A stretch of 63,701 nt of DNA, the filler included, from Candidatus Rokuibacteriota bacterium (GTDB lineage: Bacteria > JAUVQV01 > DATDCY01): NCBI GenBank assembly GCA_031406795.1. It is 6 parts of 6 records of this genome, joined end to end, with 100 filler letters (N's around TTAATTAATTAA, not from the genome) between each part and the next. Parts side by side here need not be neighbours in the genome. Positions count along the whole stretch, not along the records: positions 54,942 to 61,594 come from JANOHV010000263.1; positions 61,695 to 63,701 come from JANOHV010000099.1; 4 more parts are not named here. One strand, 5' to 3'. The notes under the pieces were generated by a model. That model did not search any database, was not told where the DNA came from, and saw only the letters and a list, made by a program, of their open reading frames with translations. A program made the translations under genes and the position numbers. This document shows positions 60,841-63,701 of the stretch, piece by piece; the first letter of the stretch is position 1; each line of letters begins with the position of its first letter.

Positions 60841-61278
60841 TCAGCGCTTCCACTCGTACGCGTGCTGCTCGGTCGAGCGGAAGAAGTAGGCGATTTCGGT
60901 GCGGGCGGTCTCCGGGGCGTCCGAGCCGTGAACGCTGTTGCGCTCGATGCCCTGCGCGAAGTCCTTGCGGATGGTGCCGGCGTCGGCCTTGGCCGGGTCG
61001 GTGGCGCCCATGATCGCGCGGTTGGCGCCGATCGCGTTCTCGCCTTCGAGGACCATGACCACCACCGGGCCGCTGGTCATGAAGGCGACCAGATCGCCGA
61101 AGAACGGGCGCTCGCGGTGCACGGCGTAAAATCCTTCGGCGACGGCGGTGGAGAGGCGCTCGAGGCGGATCGCGACGGGCTTGAGACCCCCGGTTTCGAA
61201 GCGGTTGATGATCGCGCCGATCAGGCCGCGCTCGACCGCGTCGGGCTTGATGATGGACAGGGTGCGCTCGATGGCCAT
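60841..61278 (-). CDS. ndk: Nucleoside diphosphate kinase
   Basis: [21 protein letters not shown]. Confidence 0.98.
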   Translation of the reverse strand: MAIERTLSIIKPDAVERGLIGAIINRFETGGLKPVAIRLERLSTAVAEGFYAVHRERPFFGDLVAFMTSGPVVVMVLEGENAIGANRAIMGATDPAKADAGTIRKDFAQGIERNSVHGSDAPETARTEIAYFFRSTEQHAYEWKR

Positions 61279-61512
61279 GATCGGTCTCCTTTTCCGTCGT
61301 TGATGGCTGGAATGCGGGATTGTACCCGCCTGCCGGCCGGCGTCAAGTTGCGGCGGCCGTCCGGGTGGCGGCGCGAACGCAATCGTCCCTCTCCGCGTCG
61401 CTTGAAACGCCGGGCATTCCGAGTATCATGAATGGTAGCCGTCGGCTGGGGAGCGGGTTTCCGGCCAGGCGGATTCGCTGTTGAACCGCAGGTTTGGACG
61501 AAAGGAGCTGCA

Positions 61513-61594
61513 ATGAAGACCAGGTCGAAGTTGCTGTTGTCCGGGCTCGGGGTGCTGCTGCTTCTGACCACCCCCGCATTCGGGGAGAGCTCCG
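61513..61594 (+). CDS. N-terminus (signal peptide) of an exported protein, truncated by contig end
   Basis: SD AAAGGAG; MKTRSKLLLSGLGVLLLLTTPAFG; upstream TTGAAA-N16-TATCAT at 61402-61429. Confidence 0.65.
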
Positions 61595-61694
61595 NNNNNN
61601 NNNNNNNNNNNNNNNNNNNNNNNNNNNNNNNNNNNNNNTTAATTAATTAANNNNNNNNNNNNNNNNNNNNNNNNNNNNNNNNNNNNNNNNNNNN
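61595..61694. other. Artificial contig linker
   Basis: N runs + TTAATTAATTAA. Confidence 0.99.
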
Positions 61695-63701
61695 CATTCG
61701 CGGTGGCACCGGCAGCGTCCGACGGCGCGGCGGCCGCCGTAGGTATTCGGATCGTGAACACGGTGCCGGCGCCGACCGCGCTCGCGACCTCCAGACGCCC
61801 CCGGTGGTCGAGGATGATGTTGCGCGAGATGTAGAGACCGAGCCCCGTCCCCTTGCCCTCCGCCTTGGTCGAAAAGAAGGGCTCGAAGATCTTCTCGATG
61901 ATCGGCGCCGGGATCCCCGAGCCGTGGTCGGCGATCCGGACGGTGACTTCCGGCCCTGCGGGCGCCTCTCCGACCGCCGCGCACGACCACCCTCCCCCGC
62001 CGCCGGGCAGGGTTTGCGCCGCGCTCCCGGGCCCGAGTGTCTGCACCTCGAGCTCTCCCCCCTCGGGCATCGCGTGCGCGGCGTTGACGATCAGGTTGAG
62101 AAAGACCTGCTTGAGCTTTTCGCCGTCGCCCCAGACCGACGGGGCCGCCGGGTCCAGCAGCGGGTGCGCTTTGACCTTGCCCTTCTTGAGTTCGTACTCC
62201 ACCAGCCCGAGGGTGTCCTCGAGCACGCGGTTGACGTCCGTCGCCTTCATTTCCGGCTTTTGCGGCCGCGCGAACGAGAGGATGTTCTGCGAGAGCCGCA
62301 GGATGCGCTGGGCCTCCTTCTGGATGATGTCGGCGTACCTGAGGGTCTTCTCCGGCAGGTCCTTCGTCGCGACGATGATGTCGCTCATCATCATGATCGA
62401 GGTCAGCGGGTTCTTGATCTCGTGGACGATGCCTGATCCCATCCGCCCGATCTCCGCGAGCTTCTCCGACTGGATGAGCACCTCGAGCATGTGCTTCTTC
62501 TCGGTCAGATCCTGCGAAATCGCCGAGGTGCCCACCACGCCCCCCGCCGAGTCGCGGATCGGCGAGAAGGCGATCTCCACGGGAATCGCGCGGCCGTCTT
62601 TCGCAGCGAGGGCGACCTCGAAGCTTCCCGGGGAACCGCCGGCGGCGAGGTTCGCGAGGGCGGTTTCGACGGCCCCGCTGGCCCCGTCGGTGAGCAGAAA
62701 GCGCCAGCTCCGGCCGAGCGCTTCGGACCTGGTCCAGCCGTAGAGGCGCTCGGCGCCGCCGTTCCAGCTGTCGATCGCGCCGGCCGGGTCGAAGCTGAAG
62801 ATCGCCTCCGCGGCGGACTCGACGAGATGCCCGAGATACATCAGGCGTTCGAGGGCCCGCTGCCGTTCGGCGCGGGCCTCGATGTACTGGGCGGTCGTGA
62901 CGAGCACGTAGGCGGCGAGAATCGCGGTCAGCGGCGCCACGAGCGGCACGAGCCAGCCCCCGTGGTTGAAGGCGGCGACGGCTCCGGCGACATACGCGCC
63001 GCCGGCGAGGGAGGTGAGCGCGAGACTCGCCGCGGGGCGGAAGCTGAAGGTGAGCACGCCGAGAGAGGCGCCGAGCAGCAGGCAGACGGCAAGGGCGACC
63101 CACGCCGGCGGCCGCCGCGGAAACTCGCCGCGCAGGATGTTGTCGATCATCGTCGCCTGGATCAGGAACATCGGGTAGGCCGTCGAAAATGGGGTCGGCT
63201 GCAGGTCGGCGTTGCCCGCGAAGGTCACGCCGACGATCACGACACGGTCCTTGAGGAGTGAGAGATCGACGACCCCGGCGCCCGGGTGCGCGTCGGCCTC
63301 GAGGACCTGACGAAAGGAAAACTGCACGGGAAAGGCCTCGAGTCCGCCGGCGAAACCGACCGGCGTCATGCCGTCGGCATCCACCGGGATGAGAATGGGG
63401 GACCTGCCGGGCGGGCGCATTTCCAGGTCGCCGCCCGGGGTCAGCCGGAGCGAGCCCCGCGGGACGCCGAGGACGGCAGCCGCCGCGCTCAGCGAGGCCG
63501 CGGGGTACAGCCCGCCGCCGCGGCGCACCACGAGCGGCAGCCGTCGCGTGCCGCCGTCGGCGTCGCGGATCGCATTGGCGTGCCCGACGCCGCCGGCCGC
63601 CGCGCTCAGCGCCGCCAGCGGTTCGGTGAGGGCGCCCCCGGTGAACAGCTTGTCGTCCGCCGACGCTTCGGGCGGCACGAGCCTGGCGAACGACGAGATG
63701 A
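61695..63701 (-). CDS. CHASE2-PAS sensor histidine kinase, partial at both ends
   Basis: [17 protein letters not shown]...D..PTP CHASE2 motifs, three TM helices, [25 protein letters not shown]. Confidence 0.9.

Noticed and set aside
61430-61512. Structured 5' UTR before the truncated exported protein
   Set aside because: GC-rich hairpins only, with no recognisable riboswitch consensus

Overview
This high-GC bacterial window, probably from a MAG, is six contigs joined by artificial 100-nt N/TTAATTAATTAA linkers, so adjacency across the linkers is meaningless. Contig 1 holds SPFH/NfeD, leuB and the core rpsB-tsf-pyrH-frr-uppS-cdsA-dxr-rseP-ispG-(cheW)-proS operon, with an S2 leader RNA. Contig 2 holds two exported proteins sharing a 6x44-aa FG-GAP-like C-terminal module (one frameshifted), tRNA-Glu(CTC) directly followed by PIN-PhoH, and a Fur-boxed fur-feoA-feoA-feoB-porin iron locus. 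Contig 3 holds an MCP, a GH1/PHP/GT21/OlsF-like lipid operon, a Tat-exported PaoABC-type molybdoenzyme, signalling genes, phoBR and pstSCAB-phoU. The remaining contigs carry gltB/gltD with a REP cluster, an RND adaptor, ndk-ABC-F-RluA-RlmA and a CHASE2 kinase. The best candidate for a new system is an 11-bp-periodic Pho-box-like array, derived from the phoB and pstS promoters. It also sits upstream of the GH1-PHP-glucosyltransferase-OlsF-like operon and of a small Cys-rich gene, suggesting a PhoB-controlled phosphorus-free membrane-lipid remodelling system. The second candidate is a family of small structured elements with a covarying core carried between different terminal inverted repeats. 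All family assignments come from motif recognition by eye; no searches were run.
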